Made by a program: the position numbers and the translations under genes. A stretch of 64,000 nucleotides of DNA, from NCBI RefSeq assembly GCF_000143415.4, contig NW_003314406.1:10765-74764 (forward strand). Reading direction: 5' to 3'. Each line of letters begins with the position of its first letter. The stretch's first letter is position 1. This stretch comes from Selaginella moellendorffii. Lineage: Eukaryota; Plantae; Lycopodiophyta. Of the stretch, positions 1 to 11,350 are shown piece by piece. The notes below the pieces were generated by a model, which searched no databases, was not told the DNA's origin, and worked only from the letters and a program-made list of their open reading frames with translations.

Positions 1-339
1 TTTTGAATGTTTTAAGCGTTTTTAGGATTGTGATCTAGAACGACATATAGACTTTTTTGTTTTTTACCTAATACCTTTACGNNNNNNNNNNNNNNNNNNN
101 NNNNNNNNNNNNNNNNNNNNNNNNNNNNNNNNNNNNNNNNNNNNNNNNNNNNNNNNNNNNNNNNNNNNNNNNNNNNNNNNNCATGTACTGAATCAAACCA
201 AGCTCATGGCTTCAAAGGTGTGTCTATAAACACGTACATACACAACAGTTGTCTTATTCCTTCAGAAATGGCTTTTTTAAAAACAGTTCATGGCTTTGTC
301 TGTAAGAAAGTAGAGTAGTGCTGCCAATGTAGAGCTCCA

Positions 340-545
340 ATCCTTGTTCTCCACCACCTCAGCTGCCATGTACTTCGCTGTTGTGATATCTCCTAAAGGT
401 GCTGATCACCACTTTCTCGCATCTCCTTTTTTAGCTTGGAAAGAATGTTGTCGAGCTTGAGATCCTGGTGACCCACGCCTCTCAAATAAATCTATTTGAA
501 ATTCTTTACCAGTTGCTTGATGATTCTGGCTGCTTTCTCCTCACC
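340..545 (-). pseudogene. Ser/Thr protein kinase fragment (subdomains VI-VIII)
   Basis: Manual translation gives EKAARIIKQLVKNFK*IYLRGVGHQDLKLDNIL (HRDLK-like, with an in-frame stop) and a downstream YMAAEV (YMAPE-like). Confidence 0.7.
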
Positions 546-600
546 AATCTTCTTGCAAATATGCTATATTTAAAAGACCACATAATTATGGAATAACGCC

Positions 601-1135
601 TTAAGAAATGAAGGCAATATTTCCACCAATGAACGTAACCACTCGAGGAAAAATGCCCGTGCCCTGTCCAAAAGGAGACTCAGACAACACTACAAAGTCG
701 GCAAACTTTCCTTGCATCAGCGACCCAACCAAATCCTCTAATGCAGCTGCATACACAGCCGAGGATGTGTACCTGTGAATCCAAAAACACGAACTGCATT
801 TCAGTTTTCTCATCTGTTTTCTCTTACCCTGCCACTGTGTCCCATGCAGAAATCCTTTCCTTGGGAATCCAGGGATGACTCCAGCCCGAAGGTGTTCTCT
901 CCATGGCAGTGCGGATCCCTCCAACTGGATTCACTGCTACCACCTTGAGACAAACCATTCACGTAATGCCAAAGAAAAAGTAATTGACAGGCTTACAGGC
1001 CAGTCGGATCCTAACCACGCTACCGTTTTCGAGGGACCAGAGGTTATAAGATCCGTGTGAGCGCCTTCTCACCAAGTTTCTTCACGGCGTAGTAAGCATC
1101 ATCTAGAAGTTGCTCTGGCTGTACAAAAATATATG
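601..1135 (-). pseudogene. Amidohydrolase-3 (LAF3-like) C-terminal fragment
   Basis: ORFs contain QPEQLLDDA, a GSDWPV-like segment near 990-1010, and YTSSAVYAA...DLVGSLMQGKFADFVVLS. Only C-terminal exons are present. Confidence 0.7.
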
Positions 1136-1289
1136 GTTTTGCAATGGAGGCAAAATGCAGTCGATGCGCACAATGCATGGTTTCTTCGGATTCTCTCTGC
1201 TCGGTTTGGCCTTTACTACGGTCTTTTGGACGTCCTGTGGTTTCCTCCTGTGATGTTTTCCTTCCTGGCGTTAGAGAGTAACTGAGGAT

Positions 1290-2565
1290 CAAACGAAACA
1301 AACCTCGCCATGTAAGATTGCACTGCCTGAGCAAAGCCAGGCTTGTACGAGAAGAGCAGCCCACGGAAGAGCTTCCCATCGATGGAGGCTTCTAGTTGAA
1401 TACGTTGCTTACTCTAGCCTCGAACATCTTCTCGCCTAGCGGCTGAACGTGAGCTTGAAACTCTGTAGCATGAGTTTGACAGGGAAATGACAGAGGTCCA
1501 AGGTTTTCCACAGATACCTCCGTGAGATGAAACCAAGCTCTTGTCCACATCCCGTTGCTTGTCTAGCATGAATGGCGTGGCACGATACTCTTGCCACCTT
1601 CTCTTAAGTTCCTTACGCATGGATAGCTTTGGTTCTGATGGATCTTTCTCCCTCAGCATCTCTTCACAGAAAAACGGCAACCATATTGTCAAGAATGGCA
1701 GCAATGTCAATAAAAGAAGAAGCCAACCTGTGTCGAGGAAATACATGTCATCCAGAGCTTCAAGCTCTTTGTTACATCCCTCATAGACGAATAATATGCC
1801 TCACTCTGCGTCCACAGAATCTCCTGCAAGGGAGAAACGTGGAGAAGGCCTGGAACCAGAGGGATTCGAAGTCGCCCAAACACCAGTCGCTGCAAAATAC
1901 ATAAAAGCCCCATGAGAGACCAACAGGAAACAAATCTACCTACAAGCGAGATACTTTCCATGGCTGATTGTTGTATGCCCGGCTCTTGGCATCAGCTCGG
2001 CACCAGTCGTCTTTACCTCCCGCCATGCCATTGTTTCTGGATTACCACCGTCCGCGTCACCCATGACAACGAAACAGTTCTTATAGGAAGAGCAGGTATG
2101 GCTATCCCGAGAAATAGGCGAGGCTCCAGTGGTAGAAATCTTCTTCCAGACAAAAGTATCTACAGGGAAAAAAAAAGTTTAGAAGAAAACACGGAAAGTT
2201 AACAGGATATTACTCATGTTCAAAACATGGAGGTCGTTGTAGTACTCCTCCTCTGAGGGATCGCTGGATTTCCCACTTCCCCCAAACATGAATAGGTTGT
2301 CACCGATGAGAGACGTGCTATGTCCTTCTCTCGGAGCAGAAACATCACCAAAGTGTTGGTAGCTGCATCGGATGATAAGAACAAGAAAAAAAAATCGATA
2401 CAACTCGGAGCTTACCAGTATCCAAAACAAAGAGTATGATTGAGCGGGCTGGTTCCATCAGTACCACCAAACACATAGAGCTTAGACCCAACGGCCATTG
2501 AGCTGTGGCTGTCTCGAGGAGAAGGGTGCGTTCCTTTCATCACAGGCTTGCTCCAGGTGTACGTC
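1290..2565 (-). pseudogene. Kelch-repeat protein fragment, copy 1, with internal deletions
   Basis: PSPRDSHSS and APREGHSTSLIGDNLFMFGGSGKS...YYNDLHVL kelch repeats. It lacks segments present in the copy at 30435-31870. Confidence 0.8.
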
Positions 2566-5500
2566 CCTACGCGATCACACCAGAAGAGTGAAGAACCTTG
2601 ATTCTAGTCGTCGATGACAACGTGAATCCCCTCGTTGTCCGAGACGTTGTCCCTGTCGTGAGCTCCATCCACCATAGCCTCTTCACCTTTCACTCCCAAT
2701 CCTCATCGCATTTCCGAGCAGAGCACATCGATCTGTCAAATGCACCTGCGCAGGCGGATGCCAGCGATTTTTTTCCCAGCGTAAGTCTGGAAGGTCTCGC
2801 TGACCATTGAGCACAACTATGGCGACACAGAGAAAGCCGTGAGCCTCTCAAACCTTTGCAAATGGAGAAACAAACACAACCTCGTTGTAATAGGCTGGGA
2901 CTTTCAGCCGCTTAGGATCGTTATCCAGTCCCGTTCCCAGGACTTCTTCCGGAGCTGCCCAAAAATGAACGCGTTAGAGTTTTTTCTAGTGTCTAAATCG
3001 AAGGAACTCACTCAAAGGTGTTGGATAAGGAACAAATGTAGGTTGTGGCTTTTGGTAGGAGGTTTTTTGGTCCCTCACCAGGCTCGACGCCACCGTTGCT
3101 GCAATTGGCCGGAATATCTTGGTCATCCTGGAACATCTCAAGTTAGAATCGCAGGGACGACGATAGGGGGGTCGAGACTCTTTTACCAGATGATAGTCTC
3201 AGTTGAGTACTTTTTCCATAAGTGTGACTCTTTTCTTCACGAACTCGGTAATTCTACGAACTCTACAAACAGAGACAAATCCCTTCCTAGGGTTAGAAAT
3301 AGGATAAATGAAACGTACCATCTACATATCAATCTGCAAAGCATACTTAAGCAAAGCATTCCCTCCCAGTCGATGGAGCGGTTGCAAATCTAGAATTGAA
3401 ACAGTACCTCCCATATTGCCATCTTGGCCGTCTATATCAATCGTCACAGATTTGGACAGTCAGATTAATAGTATCTACCATAAGTAAAAATGGATATTCT
3501 TAAAATGGAATATGTGACGCCAATGCCAAAATAGCAACTTTAAATAAAGAGTTTGACTAGCAGAGATCCCAGCTCCGCTGGGAGATATAGCATACTCAAG
3601 ATAAATAGATCTTCTCTTCTAATTTTACAATGTTAAGAATGTTTTTTATACAAGGTTAAATTTATCTAAACTTTGCTACTATTCATCTCCAGAGTAATGC
3701 ACAATAATGCAATGAATGCAATTAGATAATAATGCATGTGTTAGGGAAGATAAGCTCAATTTTTTTATCATCATGAAATTGAAATTTGAATTTGTTTTTA
3801 TTGCCTTTATAAAAAAGTACACAACCCTAAACACATCTACAAGATTGCTACCAAGATTTAAAAACAATTGATTTTTCACAAAATCAAAGAATTATAGACT
3901 ACCAAAGAATAATAGGTTTTTGTCACTGGTTTGGTGAAGCTATAAATTTAATTGTGTACTGAGTTAACTTCTTTATTATCTGAACTGTAATGATGCTTTA
4001 AACATTCATTGTTTACTATAATAATAGAATTTCTATTACGTTTCTCATTTTCATTTAAAAACATACATACATAAATTTATCCAGATTGAAGAAATGTATA
4101 ATACTTCCTTGCAACACAAGAGATAGTAAGATAATGTAATTTCTCTTAAAACCTTTGGATTATGCAATACTTTAAAAAANNNNNNNNNNNNNNNNNNNNN
4201 NNNNNNNNNNNNNNNNNNNNNNNNNNNNNNNNNNNNNNNNNNNNNNNNNNNNNNNNNNNNNNNNNNNNNNNNNNNNNNNNNNNNNNNNNNNNNAGTTTTG
4301 TATCTATAAAGGATCTAAAGTAAGCTGTTGGTGGTTTTTTTTTACATTTTTCCTTGTGTATTCAAAGGTTTTACTCTTATATAATAGATAAATAATCTTC
4401 AAGGCTCCTTGTGCCAATGCAGAAATAATATTGTGCAATGACAAATCATAGAAGATGAGGAAAGATAAAGTAAAATATCAAAGCTTTAGTTTTACCATCC
4501 ACCTAGAGATATAAAAACCTATTTCAAGAAAATCTCACATTAGAGAACCTTTATAGATCATAATGAACAAATTTTATCATTCATTTTATGAATAAATAGA
4601 TTTTTGAAAACATAAAAAAATATATAAAATAAATTAGATATAATGTATTACAATATTCATAAATAAAATCATAATATTTAATATATTTTATAAATACAAT
4701 AAAATATAATTATCAACATATAATCTATATATAAAACTATTTCAGTAAGGAAATTATAAAAAAAGACATATGATACACATTTTTAGAGCTGGGAGTTATA
4801 TTTATTTTAAGATGGATCTTGTAAACACTAATCTTGAAGACAAAAAATGATTTGAAAAATTAATCTTACTTGGAAAAATGATAATATTTTGAGTTATCCT
4901 CATGAATTTCTTGTTTCTCATATATATATCACGAAATATCTCTTCAAATATTAATACTAATATGGGTTTCAAAGAGTAGCAATATCTTTATATTTTCTTT
5001 CTTGCATCAAATACCAAATCCATTATCTGTTTTTAACTAATAACCTTCTACAAGCTTAATATTAAATTCTTATATTTTAATATTCAAATTCACTACCTGA
5101 GATTTGCATTATTATTGAACCCACTGAGTATATTTATCCTAATTGCTGTCACATTTTAGTTGAACTTCACAGCAATAGAGAATGGTTCATGGTATCTAAT
5201 AGGTATAATTTAGCTCATATATATACAAATTTCAAATCCATTTGTTAATAATATCTCAAAAAGATACTCTTCTATATTTTCTATTAGTCTTTTTGCTCAT
5301 AACCTTATTTAATCTGCCAGCAGCTTTAAATAAGTTACCTGAGAGCTGTTACCTAAGCATGATTAAAATATCCAGTTAGTTGAAAATGGTAAATTAAGTT
5401 TTAAAAAAATAGAGAAGATGATGGTTTCCAAGTAGAGCACAATTATTTTGTTAAACATTTATATACAAATGGTTATTTGATGCAATTAGTTGTATTTTAA

Positions 5501-6469
5501 CTTGGCTATTTAATTTTAATGGCAGGGATCACCTGGCAAGGATTGGTTTGGCACACAATCTGTTCTACGCATGAGCTTTGGGAGTTTGGCACTGCTTATG
5601 TTTGGAGTTAAGTACCAAAGCAATCACAGGGACTCTTGGTATCGTGGCAACTGAATGATCAAGCTTATCATCTGGTCTGGTCTCACTGTGCCTTGACATT
5701 GTGGATGCTGACGGTGTATCTAGTGCTTTTGTCTTGGATTTACAACCATAGTTTCTTTGTTCTTCTGGCAGGAAGACTGTTGACATACAACTGGAATGCT
5801 GCATGGATTGCCACATCTTCTTGGCCGTGGTGTACAAACAACTACGTCATTATTCTGTGTACCATCCTTCTGATTCGGCAGAAAATCAAGTCAGCGGGCA
5901 TACACATGATCTTTGGCTTCTTATACTGCCTTTCTTAGGATCTGACAGGGACCGATGCCTCTGGCAGTACATCCTCTTCTATAAAATAGATCAGGAGAAT
6001 GCAAAAGGCTATAAATTTGAAAATAGCGCAGAGACAATGAGAATGCAAAATGCTGCAATCTGTGTAACATAATGTGCTATAAGTCAGATTGGTGGCGTCG
6101 TCGAGCACACAAATTCCTAGCCAAATAACGTTATGTAGTATCATGTAATTTTATTTTGATCTGAGTTTCAAGGGTGGTATTTTCGATAACCTATTTTGTG
6201 ACTCTCAACACATGCTTCAGATTCAATAAAACCATTCCAAAAGACAAATGGGTCTGGTAGTAATTCACAGTTCATTTCACACTGCCTGGTGTTCATTGTT
6301 TTGTAATGCGATACAATCTTGACTCTGAAAGAAGTTTATTTGATCTTTTTTTATATCTTATGCTTCTCAGCTTCTCTTGATTAGCCTTGCAATTGGAAGA
6401 CCTTCAACTCAAGGGCCATTACCTTATTTTGCAGCTGCTGTAGCTCTGAGTCTTTTGCCACTGAGGGTT

Positions 6470-6990
6470 TCTGCATGGAACCAATAGGTAGACCAATCAA
6501 AGCCGAGTAAGAAAGAAACTTTTACCTGCAAGTTAATGCCTGCCACATCTATGTATCCTACACCGCATGAAACGCCTTAATGCCACTCCATGTCTGGAAA
6601 AAAGCTGTCAGTATCATGCTAACGCCACTACCCTGGCCCATCAGTGCATAATGTACAGATGTCTTTCCAACACCCTGTCGTGCCGCCTGATTAATAACAT
6701 AAGTGAAAAAACTACGTGATTTAGCTATGCAACGGTAAACACCAGGCATATATAACTCAGAATTGTAGACTTTTTTTGCTGCACTACAGACACTGTCACC
6801 AAAACTTTCCACAGCCAAGTCAAAGTGCGAGTCAGAGCAAGACTGCAAAATACAACATGTCAAGGCTAATCAATCCTCAGTTATATTACCTGGTAGAGTT
6901 TCCTCCAAGGATCCCCTTGCAAATGAAGCGGTCCCTGGGATCCAGAACGCCCTTTATTGCGTTCATGCTGGGCTGTCAATGGCTCCATAG
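6470..6990 (-). pseudogene. Fragment of a class-3 lipase family protein (At3g07400-like C-terminal P-loop region)
   Basis: GVGKTSVHYALMGQ...GYIDVAGINLQ resembles the GAGKTSL...Y.D..GVNLQ region of this family as I recall it. A paralogous fragment lies at 53540-54160. Confidence 0.5.
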
Positions 6991-7059
6991 ACAGTAGCTC
7001 GAAGCCACATGATGTGTGCATGCCAGAAGAGAGTTCACATGTGTGAATCCATGGTGAAG

Positions 7060-7440
7060 TTGTAGAGGAACTATTAGCCTCGCTTGAGAGGACATAGCCG
7101 GGCTATCAAACCAGGGATTCCTAAATTGCCAGATTCCATACTTGTGAAAGAGCATTAGATCACAGAATGTTTTGGAAATTTTGAGACCACTCATCACCAA
7201 TGGATTGACATCTTTCCAGTGTTCGTTACTGTGATGAGAAGCCTATCAGCGACGTTGGCATAGATCGTTGGTCCTGGGAGCTTGCCATTGACAGTGATAA
7301 TGTTCTTTGTTCTTCCCAGCCGCCTCACCATCAAGCTTAAAACCTGGGTGGTGGCAATTCGATGAGCTTTTGATGCATATTTAAGCAAACTGACCTGGAA
7401 GTCATAGACTCTGGTTGTTTCATTCTGAGCAGCCACCAGA
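7060..7440 (-). pseudogene. Laccase/multicopper oxidase N-terminal fragment
   Basis: TRVYDFQV...TKNIITVNGKLPGPTIYANVADRLLITVTN..SIHW / YGIWQFRNPWFDSPA matches cupredoxin domain 1; the His ligands are degenerate. Confidence 0.85.
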
Positions 7441-7973
7441 TCATAGCTCCAGGAAATGAAGAAAGAGAAGACTACAACTGCGAGGCACTCTAGGAATTAG
7501 CTAATGCTTGGAAGAGTTTGCATAGCTCTGTTCTTCCACTGTCTCCCTTACCAGGACTTGTTCACACGGTGCACTTGAATCACGCTTGCTTGAATGTCCA
7601 ATCTACACCGAGTAAGTGTGAGAAGGCTGATATATATAGAGAGCGATCTGCGAGCACAAGTTTGTGAGCACAGCAGGATGTGACTTTTTCTTTGGAGTAG
7701 ACATCCACACCTGTCAAGCATTTAAAATTGTACTAAGTCATTGCCAACTTTAAAAAACGGCTCATGTTTAAACTTCAAAAACACTAACATTGAAATTTCG
7801 TCATTAGTTTGGCAATTAAAACCGCCTCTTCAATCACTTTGCCCAAGTTGCCGTGATGAACTTGCACAGAAGGGCTCTATTCTATTTCTGAGATTTACTT
7901 TTGAAACTGTTTTACAATTTTGCAATAGTTATGAGAATCATGGGTAGTGGTTTGATCATGTCCTCAGCAGATA

Positions 7974-8180
7974 CAACATGAAAGCTTCTTGCCTGAGCCG
8001 CGTGTATAGTGGTGATGCTTGTTGCTTTCATGGAAACGAGGAAAGCAAAAGAGTGAAATAGGTTGTCTTTATTTTCAACATGAAAGCTTCTTGCCTGAGC
8101 CATGTGTATAGTGGTGATGCTTCTCGCTTTCATGGAAACAAGGAAAGCAAAAGAATAAAATAGGTTGTCTTTATTTTCAA
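7974..8180. repeat. Tandem duplication, 102-bp period (also at about 61239-61445)
   Basis: caacatgaaagcttcttgcctgagcc...aataggttgtctttattttcaa occurs twice, which appears as a 34-aa repeat in ORF 7912-8247. Confidence 0.85.
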
Positions 8181-9128
8181 ATTTTTGCCTGCCAGTTCGA
8201 ACATTCAGATGCGACAGAAAAGATAATGTAGGAGAATAAACGGACATCAGAAATAGGAAATCGAATAGCCTGAAATGAAATTCGTTTTGTGTGAAGTCAT
8301 TATACCTTTCCTCATCAGAGGTTGAGTTTGTCTACGTTTACGAATTATTTTATATCAGTTTTCTAAAATCTTCCAATGCTGTCTGGAAATGGATTCTTGT
8401 TCAGGATTTGTGTGAGGTTTTTGAAGCTTGGCAAATAAATTATCTGTCAATTCAGGCACATACCTTTCCTCTTCTTGCCTTTCTAGCCAGCGCTGTGCCA
8501 TCTGCCGCTGCGAGAGTTTTAGAAACTAGGCAGCGATGAGAGAATACACGGTTCAAAAGCACCTAATTCTTTGATGTAAAATTACCAAGTCGTTTGGTCA
8601 TGTGTATACTCTCTCAGAAAATTGTGGCAATCCTTTGGGTGAAGAACTAATTCCAAGCTTTGAGCCCTTTTGCAGAGTGTCATCATGTCGTAAAGGATGA
8701 AATAAAAAGTGATGGCAGGCTACCACAGGCGGCACCAATTCGCATGGTCTTGTAGAACAGCTTTTCACACTCGTCCTCTTTGGAGGTTAAAATAGGTTCA
8801 TATTGCAAGGGAACATACAAGAGTAAGTGCGAAAGGAAATGAAACAATAAAAAAATTTCAAGCATACCTCGCCTGGAGTTAATGTCTTACCCATTCATTT
8901 TAACAGGAGAGAATGGGCTCCCACTCGCAAAAAGGGCACGTCCCTGTGTGTGTTTCAGTGCCTCTTCTGCTGTGCATTCAGTCTTGGATGTTGGATTCGA
9001 GAGAGCTAAAACGATTAGTCTCTGATGGATCATTTACAAGAGTAAGAAGAAGAGATAGGACAAGAGAAAGAAACACAAACCTTCGTGAAAGATGCAGCCT
9101 CTTCAGGAATTTCTTTGAACATGCACAT

Positions 9129-9131
<3 letters not shown>

Positions 9132-9216
<85 letters not shown>

Positions 9217-9316
9217 NNNNNNNNNNNNNNNNNNNNNNNNNNNNNNNNNNNNNNNNNNNNNNNNNNNNNNNNNNNNNNNNNNNNNNNNNNNNNNNNNNNN
9301 NNNNNNNNNNNNNNNN

Positions 9317-9397
<81 letters not shown>
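9132..9397. repeat. (CA)n/(GA)n microsatellite, interrupted by a gap
   Basis: Directly visible. Homologous GA tracts lie at about 17845-17872, 24687-24698 and 62660-62817, each about 220 bp inside a Helitron 5' end. Confidence 0.95.
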
Positions 9398-9402
<5 letters not shown>

Positions 9403-10689
9403 AATCTGCTCAATCACCCTAAAAGATTTCACTTGATTTGGAGTGTCATCAAAATCAAAATTGAAGAGTTGCCACCCCTTTGGCACTTGATCTATGCCAT
9501 CTATTTGAAGTTTTTGAATTTGAACCGTTAGATTATAAGTATATTCAGAAATAATATTCTAAAAATGGAATAAAAGACGCCGGATGCCATATGCCAATAG
9601 CACGTTTAAATAAGGGAGTACTAGCAGAGACCCCAGCTCCACTGGGAGATACAGCATACCCAAGATAAATAGATCTTCTTTTCTAATTTTACAATATTAA
9701 AAATTTTGATTGTATACTTTGTTAAATTTATCTTAATTTTGCTACTATTCATCTCCAGAGAAATGTACAATAATGCAATTAGATAATAACTAGCAGGGAA
9801 CCCAGCTCCGCTGGGATAGTTAGATGCTAATTCTAAAAAGAGAACAATTTATTAAAACTTGCTTAAGTTCAATACGTAACAAGCACTTGGTTTATTTAGT
9901 TTTTACTTAGTGATTGCAACCAAACACTATTTCTTAAATGGTTTACTGGAATAGAATAATTCAAGCTTGGACTCAAAGCTTAAAAGAATTATTCAACACA
10001 TGAAGAGGTGGCTTAATCATATTAATCAATTTGGTATATTATTTGGGCATTCTAGATCAGGTTCATCACCTAAGGGTGTTGAACAATAGACTACTAAGCA
10101 TTTTCCATCTCAAGGCATTTTTAATTTATGCCCATGTGAATAAGGAGTAGTTCCCTTAGGGTAGGGTTCCATGCTCCACCCACCTGGAAATTTCTCCTCA
10201 CCCCCTCCCCCCCCCAAAAACAACTTTCCCCTCCTTATTTTTTTAATTGTAACCCTCTTTTTTATATGCCATATAAGGCTACACATTAACTTCTTTTTTT
10301 CCACATCATAATGGATTAGGGTGCCATTTTGTTTTACCCTAAATTGAGTGCATAGCATGCCATAGCTTGGCAATTCTTCCTTGGCAATCATTTCCCATGC
10401 TGTAGAGATTGTGATGAGGTACTTAAATTTGGTAGAGTTGTTCTTTCTGGAGGAGGACATGATCTTAGTTCCAGTTTCAAGAAAGCTTTTGTATATTCGA
10501 ATGGTGGAGGAAGCGATTGTTATAATACTTTCTATGCCATGTTCTACTGCAACTTCATTTATTGAAAGAGTGATCACTAAAAAGGAGCTCCTAGGGCTAT
10601 TGATCAATGTGGATTACATCAAGCCAAGAAGTTTCCACTAGTGGTATCAAAAAGAGCTTTAGGTTCTCTATATAAATCCACAAAGATTC

Positions 10690-11350
10690 AAAGAAGTTTT
10701 TTAGTATCTATATTCACTTTTCTTTGTGACCAGCTTGCTCCAAAATTGGCTAGGAGGCCTCCTCCAGGTTTGGCAAAAATACCAAAGTAGCACTTAGCTA
10801 TTTCAAAGCAAGTAGATATTGCTTTGAAACGCTTGGCATTCGGGGATACATGGCAAATAATTGGTGATGCATTTAGAGTGGTTTCATGCACTCAAGCTTG
10901 TCTATGCTGATTCAGGTATTCATTGCTTGAGCATGAAGGACTAATGATCCATTGGCAGATGAGGAGGGAATAAATGAAGTTATAGCATGATTTCAGAGAT
11001 TGCATGGATTACCAAATTGTTGTGGTGATATGGCAATTGAGCTCCTAGGATCAGAGGATGCAATAGATTGGTATGCTAGGGCAAAAAAGTACTACTCAAT
11101 GGTAATTCAAGTTGTGCTGACAGAGGATAAGAGTGTGCTTTACTGGTTTTGGTCTTATATCCAAACAAGTTTCATGGCAAAGAGCAATACAACTTTCTTC
11201 ATTCTTCTATGAGGATTGTTGTCAAGAAATCTTTTGGAATTTTAAAGAGGCAATGGAAATTGCTTGGTTAGAAGGGATTTAGAGGACATCTAGGCATTCT
11301 TGTGAACAACATCATGTCTTGTTGTGTGCTGCATACCTTGATGATCATAA
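10690..11350 (+). pseudogene. PIF/Harbinger (DDE_Tnp_4/HARBI1-like) transposase remnant
   Basis: QVDIALKRLAFGD..IGDAF, HGLPNCCG..DWY..KYYSMVIQVV, RIVVKKSFGILKRQWKLL and IMSCCVLH, broken by frameshifts and deletions. Confidence 0.8.

Larger units (their letters stand above)
182..3556 (-). mobile_element. Helitron-like unit H0, 5' part; left boundary not visible
   Basis: The minus strand begins TCAAACTCTTTATTTAAAG at 3556, directly after the CTAG 3' end of the neighbouring unit. About 1290-3556 is a near copy of about 30435-32856. Confidence 0.65.
3557..9620 (-). mobile_element. Non-autonomous Helitron-like unit H1
   Basis: 3' end: CTAG at 3557-3560, with the hairpin CCCAGCTCCGCTGGG about 8 nt inside. 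5' end reads TACTCCCTTATTTAAA at 9620. It is a near duplicate of 54807-63039. Confidence 0.8.

Noticed and set aside
2839-3393. 184-aa ORF duplicated at 32154-32693
   Set aside because: It has no recognisable domain, and its conservation is explained by recent duplication.
8913-9531. ORFs with HT/RE/SL repeats (also 62141-62950)
   Set aside because: They are translations of microsatellites and N gaps.
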